From a virus (Duplodnaviria > Heunggongvirae > Uroviricota > Caudoviricetes), in the IMG/VR virus record IMGVR_UViG_2563366964_000008, positions 1-32,667 of that record: DNA of 32,667 bases; one strand, given 5' to 3'. The translations under genes and the position numbers were made by a program. The notes beneath the pieces are model-generated. The model did no database searches and had not been told where the DNA came from. It saw nothing but the letters and a program-made list of their open reading frames with translations. Within the stretch, counting starts at the first letter, position 1. Every line of letters starts with the position of its first letter. Positions 7,577 through 15,466 of the stretch are shown piece by piece.

Positions 7577-8572
7577 GTGACCGTGAGAGCATTACTGACC
7601 CCTGAAATTGCCCCGCGTATGGGGATCGTATTGTTCAGGCCAGGTTCAGAGCTGATGCCCCTGTTTATGCAGGGGCGTGTCCTGCTGGAGCCTGAGCCAG
7701 AACGTTATTCATCTTTCGCCAGTGGTGCCGTTCCGGCGGCATCACAACCGCTGGCGGATGATCCTGCCGTTCGCGCCGTGTTCCGCAATGAGGCAGTGAT
7801 CCGTCGTGCTGGTGGCGTGGAATGTCTTGAAAGCTGGTTACTTCGTGAAAAGGGCTGTCAGTGGCCTCATTCCAACTGGCACAGCGAGAACATGACCACA
7901 ATGCGACACGCGCCGGGAGCAATTCGTCTGTGCTGGCACTGCGATAACCAGCTGCGCGATCAGTTCACGGAACGGCTGGAATCAATGGCAACGGATAACT
8001 GTGCCCGCTGGGTGTTGTCTGTTGTGCGTCGGGATCTCGGTTTTGATGACAGTCACGTTGTGACAATGCCGGAACTGTGCTGGTGGCTGATTCGTAATGA
8101 TCTGGCGGATGCCTTACCGGAAAGTGCAGCCCGTAAGGCACTGAGATTACCGAAGCCTGTTGTGCCGTCTGTTACCCGGGAAAGTGACCTTGTGCCTTCG
8201 GTTCCTGCCACCAGCATCATCCAGGATAAGGCGAAAAAGGTGCTGGCGCTGAAAGTGGATCCGGAGTCGCCGGAGTCTTTTATGTTACGCCCAAAACGTC
8301 GCCGCTGGGTTAATGAAAAGTACACGCGCTGGGTTAAGACACAGCCGTGTGCATGTTGTGGAAAGCCTGCTGATGATCCCCACCACTTGATAGGCCACTG
8401 TCAGGGTGGAATGGGTACAAAAGCGCATGACCTCTTTGTATTGCCTTTGTGCAGAAAGCATCACGACGAGTTGCATGCGGACACTGTGGCATTTGAAGAG
8501 AAGTATGGTTCCCAACTGGAGCTAATTTTTCGATTTATCGATCGCGCGCTGGCAATTGGTGTGCTGGCCTGA
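7577..8572 (+). CDS. DUF968-like protein with C-terminal HNH-like Cys/His motif
   Basis: 331-aa ORF; C-terminus PCACCGKPADDPHHLIGHCQGG...LCRKHHDELH; start may be the GTG at 7583 rather than 7577. Confidence 0.55.
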   Translation: MTVRALLTPEIAPRMGIVLFRPGSELMPLFMQGRVLLEPEPERYSSFASGAVPAASQPLADDPAVRAVFRNEAVIRRAGGVECLESWLLREKGCQWPHSNWHSENMTTMRHAPGAIRLCWHCDNQLRDQFTERLESMATDNCARWVLSVVRRDLGFDDSHVVTMPELCWWLIRNDLADALPESAARKALRLPKPVVPSVTRESDLVPSVPATSIIQDKAKKVLALKVDPESPESFMLRPKRRRWVNEKYTRWVKTQPCACCGKPADDPHHLIGHCQGGMGTKAHDLFVLPLCRKHHDELHADTVAFEEKYGSQLELIFRFIDRALAIGVLA

Positions 8573-8589
8573 TTTTGTGGAGAGATTTG

Positions 8590-8937
8590 ATGCGTGATAT
8601 GTACGAGGTTTTGGACCGCTGGGGAGCATGGGCAGCAGCAGATAACAGCGGAGTGGACTGGCAGCCGATCGCGGCAGGCTTCAAGGGGCTTTTACCACAC
8701 GGTAAAAAGTCACGCCTCCAGTGTGATGATGATGAAGGGATCATGATAGACGGTTGTGTGGTGCGGTTGCGTAAATATAAACCAGAAGAATATGAACTGA
8801 TCATTGCTCACTTTGTTATAGGTATCTCACTGCGTTCTATCGCGAAGAAACGCAGATGCTCGGATGGCACAATTAGGAAGGAGCTGCAAACTGCAATGGG
8901 ATTTGTTGAGGGATGCATATCAATTTTGTTTTGGTGA
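8590..8937 (+). CDS. Q: Late-gene antiterminator Q (QuuD-like family)
   Basis: Sequence MRDMYEVLDRWGAWAA...FKGLLP...CDDDEG resembles recalled Q/QuuD proteins; GGAG Shine-Dalgarno before the ATG at 8590 (track start 8575). Confidence 0.7.
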   Translation: MRDMYEVLDRWGAWAAADNSGVDWQPIAAGFKGLLPHGKKSRLQCDDDEGIMIDGCVVRLRKYKPEEYELIIAHFVIGISLRSIAKKRRCSDGTIRKELQTAMGFVEGCISILFW

Positions 8938-8941
8938 TTGC

Positions 8942-8963
8942 AGAAGCCGCTTCAGCGGCTTCT
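8942..8963. terminator. Hairpin (9-bp stem agaagccgc/gcggcttct, loop ttca) between convergent Q and the accessory cassette
   Basis: Perfect inverted repeat read from the sequence; no clear U-run on either side, so possibly a bidirectional terminator or RNA-stability element. Confidence 0.4.
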
Positions 8964-8965
8964 AA

Positions 8966-9448
8966 TTAAGTATTCATGTTTTTCTTCTCTTCAAACAATT
9001 CCTTTATTTTCAATGGAATGAAAGTTGATTGTATGAATGAGAAACATGTTAAAAATGAGATTGAATATGCAATAGTGGTTTTTGTATATTCAAAATAAAT
9101 ACCTGAATGTGTTTTATCCTTGGATAAAAGATAAAATACAAATATTAATGCAAGTGTAATTATATACATCAAGAATAGAGTATAGCTTTTTACAAAGCGC
9201 ATATAAAATCGAGTGCTCTGGTTGGCTTTGTCTAATGCATTAAGTGATTTCGAAATTGAGGAGTTCTCACCAGACATAGTAATGACTAGCAATAAAAAAC
9301 CGGATAGGATTGAGAAAACATTTGCAACAAGATTTAATGCGTCATTGTTATTTGTTAAGCTGTTTGTGAGATATTTTGAGAAAAAGAAGGAGGCTAGGAA
9401 GTTTCCTGTGGTAATTATAATTCCCGTCCAGTTATAATCTTTAAACAT
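8966..9448 (-). CDS. Hypothetical membrane protein with four hydrophobic segments, second gene of the accessory cassette
   Basis: 160-aa ORF; hydrophobic stretches WTGIIITTGNFLASFFF, LVANVFSILSGFLLLVITM, YTLFLMYIITLALIFVFYLL, IAYSISFLTCFSFIQSTFIPL; GGGGAGG Shine-Dalgarno; visibly AT-rich DNA. Confidence 0.7.
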   Translation of the reverse strand: MFKDYNWTGIIITTGNFLASFFFSKYLTNSLTNNNDALNLVANVFSILSGFLLLVITMSGENSSISKSLNALDKANQSTRFYMRFVKSYTLFLMYIITLALIFVFYLLSKDKTHSGIYFEYTKTTIAYSISFLTCFSFIQSTFIPLKIKELFEEKKNMNT

Positions 9449-9472
9449 ATGGCCTCCCCGTTTTTAAGTATA

Positions 9473-10294
9473 TTATAACTCATTTGTGACAAAATGCTCT
9501 AAAATTTCATGAGCATATTTGCTGGAAATTGTTTGCGAGCCGTATGGTAACGTGTAGTAAATCTTTGTAAGTTTCATGTCATCGCTAGTGATTTTCTCTC
9601 CTTTTTTAGTTTCAAAGTAAAAGTCACTGTTTAAATCAGATATCCAAGGCGTCGGATTGTTTTCAATTGATGCAGCAACGGCAGGGTTTCCTCTGGCATC
9701 GATAGTAAAATGGCCACTTATTCCTGTTTGTTTTAATTTTGGCTCTTTTTTTACAAACACAGATAAGAAACTAGGCTTGTTAACAAAATCTGATTCATGC
9801 ACGTTGAAATTCACATGTACAGCGCGCAAACCATCATCTTTGACTTTTTGGATTACATTTTTCTTTAAGATAGCTGACGGTATAATATCTATGCCATAGC
9901 ATTTGAAGATTTTTGCTATTTTGACTTCACTCCAGTTAGTGGATATTTGAAGGAGTGAAGCAATTTGATTATCCTTAACCATAAAGAAGGCATGTAAATT
10001 GTCAAAATTTTCAACATCTAACAAATCTTTAGTGTTAGGTTTATTTGGGGTGATCGACACTTCTTCTTTCGGATTGTATAAAGAAAAATGTAAGTAATGG
10101 ATATTACCTTTAGTGCTAAATTCTTTTAATTTTAAATGCCTGTTAGTTGATAACTGGATTATGGAACCCTGTACAAATTTATTATTTGTTGATATTTGCT
10201 GAAATAAATTACCCTTCCCGTCAAGGTTCACATTAAAAGCCCTAACTTGACATTTCTTTGTTAAATTGTTTTTTTTGGTATTAGAAAAGTTCAT
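9473..10294 (-). CDS. Hypothetical 273-aa soluble protein, first gene of the accessory cassette
   Basis: ORF with AAGGGA Shine-Dalgarno; Lys/Asn-rich, no hydrophobic segments, no motif I recognise; 24-nt gap to the downstream membrane-protein gene. Confidence 0.7.
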   Translation of the reverse strand: MNFSNTKKNNLTKKCQVRAFNVNLDGKGNLFQQISTNNKFVQGSIIQLSTNRHLKLKEFSTKGNIHYLHFSLYNPKEEVSITPNKPNTKDLLDVENFDNLHAFFMVKDNQIASLLQISTNWSEVKIAKIFKCYGIDIIPSAILKKNVIQKVKDDGLRAVHVNFNVHESDFVNKPSFLSVFVKKEPKLKQTGISGHFTIDARGNPAVAASIENNPTPWISDLNSDFYFETKKGEKITSDDMKLTKIYYTLPYGSQTISSKYAHEILEHFVTNEL

Positions 10295-10322
10295 AGTTTT
10301 CCCTTATTCGCTGTGTGTCCTT

Positions 10323-10351
10323 ATTGTAAAAAAAAACTAACGCGTACGCAA
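10323..10351 (-). promoter_or_regulatory. Candidate sigma70 promoter for the accessory cassette: -35 TTGCGT, 17-bp spacer, -10 TACAAT on the minus strand
   Basis: Minus-strand -35 at 10346..10351 and -10 at 10323..10328, about 30 nt upstream of the 273-aa gene start. Confidence 0.5.
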
Positions 10352-10396
10352 AAACTATTGTATCGTGTTAAGAGTGGTTACTTCGCCACACAACTT

Positions 10397-10420
10397 AAAC
10401 CCGCCGTCGAGCGGGTTTTG
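10397..10420 (+). terminator. Stem-loop with U-run (aaacccgc/gcgggttt, then tttg); possible tR'-like terminator in the late leader
   Basis: 8-bp stem, 6-nt loop, followed by a T-run on the plus strand, located upstream of the holin gene. Confidence 0.4.
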
Positions 10421-10569
10421 TCATTTCTAGGCCTTGGTATTCGTTGGGCTTGGTCTATCTGGTACTTAGCCATTGGCTCGACTTCTTTTACGTTTCCGCT
10501 TCTGATTTGCGGTACATGATGTTCCCTCAATTTGCACCTCCTGTATTGCGAGGTGAGAGATAACTACAA

Positions 10570-10896
10570 ATGCCTCATAACCCAAATACCTGGCTGGAGT
10601 TGGTCCAGAGCTGGTGGCGTGGAGACACACCGCTGGGCGCAGTGATTATGTCGATTGTTATGGCTGGTTTACGTATCGCCTATTTTGGCGGTGGTGGCGG
10701 CTGGAAGCGAAAAACACTCGAAATTCTACTCTGTGGCGCTCTGACGCTGACTTTTGCATCCGCTCTTGAGTATGTCGGATGGCCTAAATCACTATCTGTT
10801 GCCATTGGTGGTGGGGTGGGGCTGATCGGTGTCGATGCTATTCGTGGGGCTGCAATGCGAGTAATCGGTAACAAATTTGGTGGCTCTAAGGAGTAA
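10570..10896 (+). CDS. S: Holin (lambda S-like class, multiple hydrophobic segments)
   Basis: 108-aa ORF immediately upstream of the endolysin; hydrophobic segments and a Gly-rich motif (AYFGGGGGW); charged C-terminus. Confidence 0.8.
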   Translation: MPHNPNTWLELVQSWWRGDTPLGAVIMSIVMAGLRIAYFGGGGGWKRKTLEILLCGALTLTFASALEYVGWPKSLSVAIGGGVGLIGVDAIRGAAMRVIGNKFGGSKE

Positions 10897-10899
10897 TTT

Positions 10900-11376
10900 A
10901 TGCAGGTACTAAATTCCCAGCGTAAAGCTTTCCTTGATATGGTGGCTTGGTCAGAAGGAACGGATAACGGGCGACAACCGACACGTAACCACGGTTATGA
11001 TGTTATTGTCGGTGGAGAACTCTTCACTGATTACTCCGATCACCCTCGCAAGCTTGTCACGCTAAACCCGAAACTCAAATCAACAGCTGCAGGCCGTTAT
11101 CAACTTCTTTCGCGCTGGTGGGATGCTTACCGCAAGCAGTTAGGGCTGACAGACTTCTCTCCTAAAAGCCAGGATGCTGTTGCATTACAGCAGATTAAAG
11201 AGCGTGGCGCTTTACCGATGATTGATCGCGGCGATATTCGTCAGGCTATCGATCGTTGCAGCAATATCTGGGCGTCGTTACCTGGTGCAGGTTACGGTCA
11301 GTATGAACATAAAATCGGTGACCTGATTTCCCGGTTTAAAGAGGCTGGTGGGGTGGTAAATGAAGTTGAGCTATAA
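10900..11376 (+). CDS. R: Endolysin, lambda R-type lytic transglycosylase
   Basis: 158-aa protein near-identical, as recalled, to lambda R (QRKAFLDMVAWSEGTDNGRQPTRNHGYDVIVGGELFTDYSDHPRK...). Confidence 0.95.
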   Translation: MQVLNSQRKAFLDMVAWSEGTDNGRQPTRNHGYDVIVGGELFTDYSDHPRKLVTLNPKLKSTAAGRYQLLSRWWDAYRKQLGLTDFSPKSQDAVALQQIKERGALPMIDRGDIRQAIDRCSNIWASLPGAGYGQYEHKIGDLISRFKEAGGVVNEVEL

Positions 11377-11752
11377 GCTGGCTATCTCTGCATTCTTCTT
11401 TACTGTCATCGGTTCTTTCATCTGGTCTGCCAACCACTACTACAGCAAATATCAGCACGAAAAGAAACGTGCTGATGAGGCTGTACGAAATGCTGAATCA
11501 GCAACAGCCATTACCAATAACGTCCTGCAATCACTACAAATCGTCAATACAGTTCTGGAGGCTAACCAGCATGCAAAACAGCAGATCGCACTGGAGTCAC
11601 AGAGAACCCAGGAAGATATCAAAGTGGCTGTTGCGGATGATGATTGTGCTTCACGTCCTGTGCCTGCTGCCGCTGCTGACCGGTTGCGGAAGTACGCGGA
11701 CAGTTTACGTGAACACTCCGGCGGTACCACTGCCAGCCAGCCTGACTTCTGA
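11360..11752 (+). CDS. Rz: Rz-like inner-membrane spanin (i-spanin)
   Basis: 130-aa ORF with an N-terminal hydrophobic segment and coiled-coil-like remainder; position after the endolysin; contains an out-of-frame lipoprotein ORF. Confidence 0.75.
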   Translation: MKLSYKLAISAFFFTVIGSFIWSANHYYSKYQHEKKRADEAVRNAESATAITNNVLQSLQIVNTVLEANQHAKQQIALESQRTQEDIKVAVADDDCASRPVPAAAADRLRKYADSLREHSGGTTASQPDF

Positions 11753-11888
11753 AACACCGATTCCAGTTGTACCTAGTCCACTGACATATGGTGCTAGCCT
11801 GGAACTGAATGCGAGTTTGTTATCTGCATTAGCGCAATGCAATAGAGATAAAAAGGATATTCTAAAAATAGGATATCAAAATGAATAA
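11637..11888 (+). CDS. Rz1: Rz1-like outer-membrane lipoprotein spanin (o-spanin), +1 frame, overlapping and extending past Rz
   Basis: MMIVLHVLCLLPLLTGC signal peptide with LTGC lipobox; Pro-rich mature region. Confidence 0.7.
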   Translation: MMIVLHVLCLLPLLTGCGSTRTVYVNTPAVPLPASLTSETPIPVVPSPLTYGASLELNASLLSALAQCNRDKKDILKIGYQNE

Positions 11889-11954
11889 ATATTTTCCGGA
11901 AAATGATTGTAACTGTGCTATAAATATAATCATCAAATAATATAAAGGTGAGTT

Positions 11955-12464
11955 ATGGAAAGGTTTATAAAATCAATTGAATCTTCAATTGAAAGTGAGA
12001 ATTGGTTAGCGGCATTGTTTATGGCTCTTGCTATGCCTGATATTTGCAGGAGCGTTGAACGTCCCAAAATAGGTAAGGGTGAAACAGGGAAATGGTATAA
12101 AGATTGGGTTTCTCGTTATCTTGAAAATAAATATACATCCGGTACACATGAACAGTGTCGATTTTATGCGGATGATTTTTGGCTGTATCGTTGTTCTTGT
12201 TTACATGCTGGACAGGATCCAGAGAACAGGAAAAGAATGATGCAGTTTAATTTTACACCACCACCTAGGCCAAATTGCCAAGTGCATTTAAATCACTTAA
12301 ATGGCAAACTTCAGTTGCAAATAGATGTGTTTTGTCGAGATATGATTGAGGCAGTCAATCAATGGCGTACTGAGGTCGAGGATACGCCAGAAATTAAGGC
12401 TCGTATGGATTCTCTGATAAATATATCATTAGCATCTTTTGGAACATTCATTGTATTTGGTTAA
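11955..12464 (+). CDS. Hypothetical 169-aa protein in an AT-rich island between the lysis and packaging modules (accessory gene candidate)
   Basis: ORF with AAGGTGA Shine-Dalgarno; Cys-containing (about six Cys); flanked by AT-rich non-coding DNA; no family recognised. Confidence 0.6.
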   Translation: MERFIKSIESSIESENWLAALFMALAMPDICRSVERPKIGKGETGKWYKDWVSRYLENKYTSGTHEQCRFYADDFWLYRCSCLHAGQDPENRKRMMQFNFTPPPRPNCQVHLNHLNGKLQLQIDVFCRDMIEAVNQWRTEVEDTPEIKARMDSLINISLASFGTFIVFG

Positions 12465-12571
12465 ATATTAATGAAGTGAATTTTACAGTGGGTACTAAAA
12501 GGTTCATTTCATTTAATGATTTCCCTAACACAAATTAGTTTTTAGAGAGGAAACTATTTAGGACATTAATA

Positions 12572-12922
12572 ATGCCCCCTCGAACCCCAAAAGCCTGCCG
12601 TGTTCGCGGCTGCCGCTCTACAACCACAGACCCGTCAGGCTACTGCGAAAGCCACAAAAGCGAAGGCTGGAAGCAATACAAACCAGGACAATCCCGTCAT
12701 CAGCGCGGCTACGGTTCGAAGTGGGACAGTATCCGCGCGCGTGTCCTGAAGCGTGACAAAGGCCTGTGTCAGTTATGTCTGCGCGCTGGTGTGGTGCGTG
12801 AGGCGAAAACTGTTGACCACATCATCCCTAAAGCGCATGGCGGCACTGATGCCGACTGTAATCTGCAGAGTCTGTGCTGGCCGTGTCATAAGGCGAAGAC
12901 GGCCCGTGAACGGCTTAAGTGA
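12572..12922 (+). CDS. HNH endonuclease (terminase-associated)
   Basis: 116-aa ORF; Cys pairs and HNH motif (DHIIPKAHGGTDADCNLQSLCWPCHKAK); immediately upstream of the small terminase. Confidence 0.85.
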   Translation: MPPRTPKACRVRGCRSTTTDPSGYCESHKSEGWKQYKPGQSRHQRGYGSKWDSIRARVLKRDKGLCQLCLRAGVVREAKTVDHIIPKAHGGTDADCNLQSLCWPCHKAKTARERLK

Positions 12923-12948
12923 TAATAATTCTCAACTGTCTGAGGGGA

Positions 12949-13008
12949 GGGGCGGGTCAAATCTCTGCGGGCTGACGTCTTCCGGACTGCCCGCCCCATC
13001 GTTTTTTT
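12949..13008 (+). terminator. GC-rich nested inverted repeats followed by T7; terminator and/or cos-region candidate
   Basis: ggggcggg (12949..12956) pairs with cccgcccc (12990..12997); inner gcgggc (12967..12972) pairs with gcccgc (12989..12994); T-run 13002..13008. Confidence 0.4.
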
Positions 13009-13047
13009 ATACCCGCGAAAAATGAAATTTAACCAGGAGTGCCGCAT

Positions 13048-13542
13048 ATGGCTGGAACGGCGGGGCGTTCCGGGCGTCGCCCCAAGCCAACGGCGCGCAA
13101 GGCGCTGGCCGGAAACCCCGGCAAGCGAGCCCTGAATAAAGATGAACCTGTTTTTACGCCCATCAAAGGTGTTGAGCCACCGGAGTGGTTCGCTGAAGAA
13201 GATCTCCCTCTCGCTACGATCATGTGGCAACTGACAACTAAAGAACTCTGCGGTCAGGGCCTGCTGTGCGTGACTGACCTCGCGGTGCTTGAGCGGTGGT
13301 GCGTGGCCTACGAGTTCTGGCGACGTGCCGTGAAAAATATTGCCAGACAGGGCAACACCATCACCGGTGCAATGGGCGGTATGGTCAAAAATCCGGAGCT
13401 GACCGCCAAAAAAGAACAGGAGTCCGAGATGAGCAGTACGGGGGCAATGCTCGGACTCGACCCCAGCAGCCGCCAACGTCTGATTGGCCTGGCGGGGCAG
13501 AAGAAAGCCACTAACCCGTTTCTGAAAATCATCGAATCATGA
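13048..13542 (+). CDS. Terminase small subunit (P27 family)
   Basis: N-terminus [34 protein letters not shown] typical of P27-family small terminase; AGGAG Shine-Dalgarno 8 nt before the ATG at 13048. Confidence 0.85.
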   Translation: MAGTAGRSGRRPKPTARKALAGNPGKRALNKDEPVFTPIKGVEPPEWFAEEDLPLATIMWQLTTKELCGQGLLCVTDLAVLERWCVAYEFWRRAVKNIARQGNTITGAMGGMVKNPELTAKKEQESEMSSTGAMLGLDPSSRQRLIGLAGQKKATNPFLKIIES

Positions 13543-15272
13543 GCCGGAAATCTTACCCCAACGTAAATGCTGCCAATCAGTATGCCCGTGATGTCGTGCG
13601 CGGAAATATTGTGGCCTGCCAGTTTGTGATTCAGGCCTGCCAGCGCCATCTTGATGACCTGATGGCGGAAAAAAGTAAGTCGTTTCGTTACCGCTTCGAC
13701 AAGGACCTGGCTGAACGGGCCGCCAAATTTATTCAGCTGTTGCCACACACCAAGGGGGAGTGGGCATTCAAGAGGATGCCCATCACGCTGGAGCCGTGGC
13801 AGCTCTTTGTGATCTGCTGTGCGTTTGGCTGGGTCAATAAAGGTACCCGGCTGCGCCGCTTCCGGGAGGTGTATACCGAAATCCCCCGTAAGAACGGCAA
13901 ATCGGCAATCTCTGCCGGTGTCGCCCTGTATTGTTTTGCCTGTGATAACGAGTTTGGCGCGGAAGTGTATTCCGGTGCCACGACAGAGAAACAGGCGTGG
14001 GAAGTCTTTCGCCCGGCGCGACTGATGTGTAAACGCACACCCATGCTGACGGAAGCGTTCGGGATTGAGGTTAACGCCTCAAACATGAACCGTCCGGAGG
14101 ATGGCGCGCGGTTTGAACCGCTGATCGGTAACCCCGGTGATGGTTCATCACCCCACTGTGCGGTGGTGGATGAATATCACGAGCACGCCACCGATGCGCT
14201 TTACACCACGATGCTTACCGGGATGGGGGCGCGACGTCAGCCACTGATGTGGGCCATTACTACTGCAGGGTACAACATTGAGGGGCCGTGCTACGACAAG
14301 CGACGGGAAGTTATCGAGATGCTCAACGGGTCGGTACCCAACGATGAACTGTTCGGGATCATCTATACCGTTGACGAAGGCGATGACTGGACCGACCCGC
14401 AGGTGCTGGAAAAAGCCAACCCGAATATTGGCGTGTCGGTTTATCGCGAATTTTTGTTAAGTCAGCAGCAGCGTGCGAAAAATAACGCCCGTCTGGCAAA
14501 CGTCTTTAAAACAAAACACCTCAATATCTGGGTGTCGGCGCGTTCGGCGTATTTCAACCTGGTGAGCTGGCAGAGCTGCGAGGATAAATCACTGACCCTT
14601 GAGCAGTTCGAGGGGCAGCCGTGCATTCTGGCCTTTGACCTGGCGCGTAAGCTGGATATGAACAGTATGGCGCGACTTTATACCCGCGAGATTGACGGTA
14701 AAACGCATTACTACAGTGTGGCTCCGCGCTTCTGGGTACCGTATGACACGGTGTACAGCGTCGAGAAAAATGAAGATCGCCGGACAGCCGAACGCTTTCA
14801 GAAATGGGTGGAAATGGGCGTTCTGACCGTTACCGCTGGTGCGGAGGTGGATTATCGCTACATCCTCGAGGAGGCCAAAGCGGCGAACAAAATCAGCCCG
14901 GTCAGCGAGTCACCCATCGACCCCTTCGGGGCGACCGGGCTCTCACATGACCTTGCTGATGAAGACCTGAACCCCATCACTATCATTCAGAACTACACCA
15001 ACATGTCCGACCCGATGAAAGAGCTGGAAGCGGCAATTGAATCGGGGCGCTTTCATCATGATGGCAATCCCATCATGACCTGGTGTATCGGCAACGTGGT
15101 CGGCAAAACCATTCCGGGTAACGATGATGTGGTGAAGCCCGTCAAAGAGCAGGCGGAAAACAAAATCGATGGTGCAGTTGCGCTGATTATGGCGGTTGGC
15201 AGAGCCATGCTGTACGAGAAAGAAGACACGTTGTCTGACCACATTGAGTCCTATGGGATCCGCTCGCTTTAA
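13539..15272 (+). CDS. Terminase large subunit
   Basis: 577-aa ORF overlapping the small-terminase stop; ATPase and nuclease domain patterns. Confidence 0.95.
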
Positions 15273-15283
15273 CTGAGGTAATT

Positions 15284-15466
15284 ATGATCATGCTGATTCT
15301 CGCGCCTCTGGTGGGCGTGCTGGGGGCGCTTTTGCTGGCGTATGGTGCCTGGCTGATTTATCCCCCGGCGGGGTTTGTTGTTGCCGGGGCGTTGTGCCTG
15401 TTCTGGTCGTGGCTGGTGGCGAGATATCTTGACCGTACACAGTCGTCTGTCGGCGGAGGTAAATAG
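15284..15466 (+). CDS. Hypothetical small hydrophobic protein
   Basis: 60-aa ORF with two hydrophobic segments between large terminase and portal. Confidence 0.35.

Noticed and set aside
8942-8963. Late promoter pR' immediately downstream of Q
   Set aside because: Immediately after Q there is a hairpin and the convergent cassette; I could not identify convincing -35/-10 hexamers for a rightward late promoter here or in 10300..10570, so no promoter is called.
8966-10294. Shiga-toxin-like cargo at the Q-lysis junction
   Set aside because: The genes are on the opposite strand to the late operon, sizes and composition (273-aa soluble plus 160-aa four-segment membrane protein) do not fit an A/B toxin with signal peptides, and there is no Cys-bracketed A1/A2 region.
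10313-10519. 68-aa plus-strand ORF in the Q-distal late leader
   Set aside because: It lies across a divergent promoter and a terminator-like hairpin, has no ribosome-binding site, and its sequence is low-complexity; more likely non-coding leader.
10570-10896. Lambda-type dual-start (holin/antiholin) motif at the holin N-terminus
   Set aside because: Only one in-frame Met at the N-terminus (MPHNPNTW...); no Met-Lys-Met arrangement is visible, so I do not claim dual-start regulation.
12886-13476. 196-aa minus-strand ORF across the HNH/small-terminase junction
   Set aside because: Antisense to two well-supported genes and spanning the GC-rich hairpin; typical spurious antisense ORF in GC-rich DNA.
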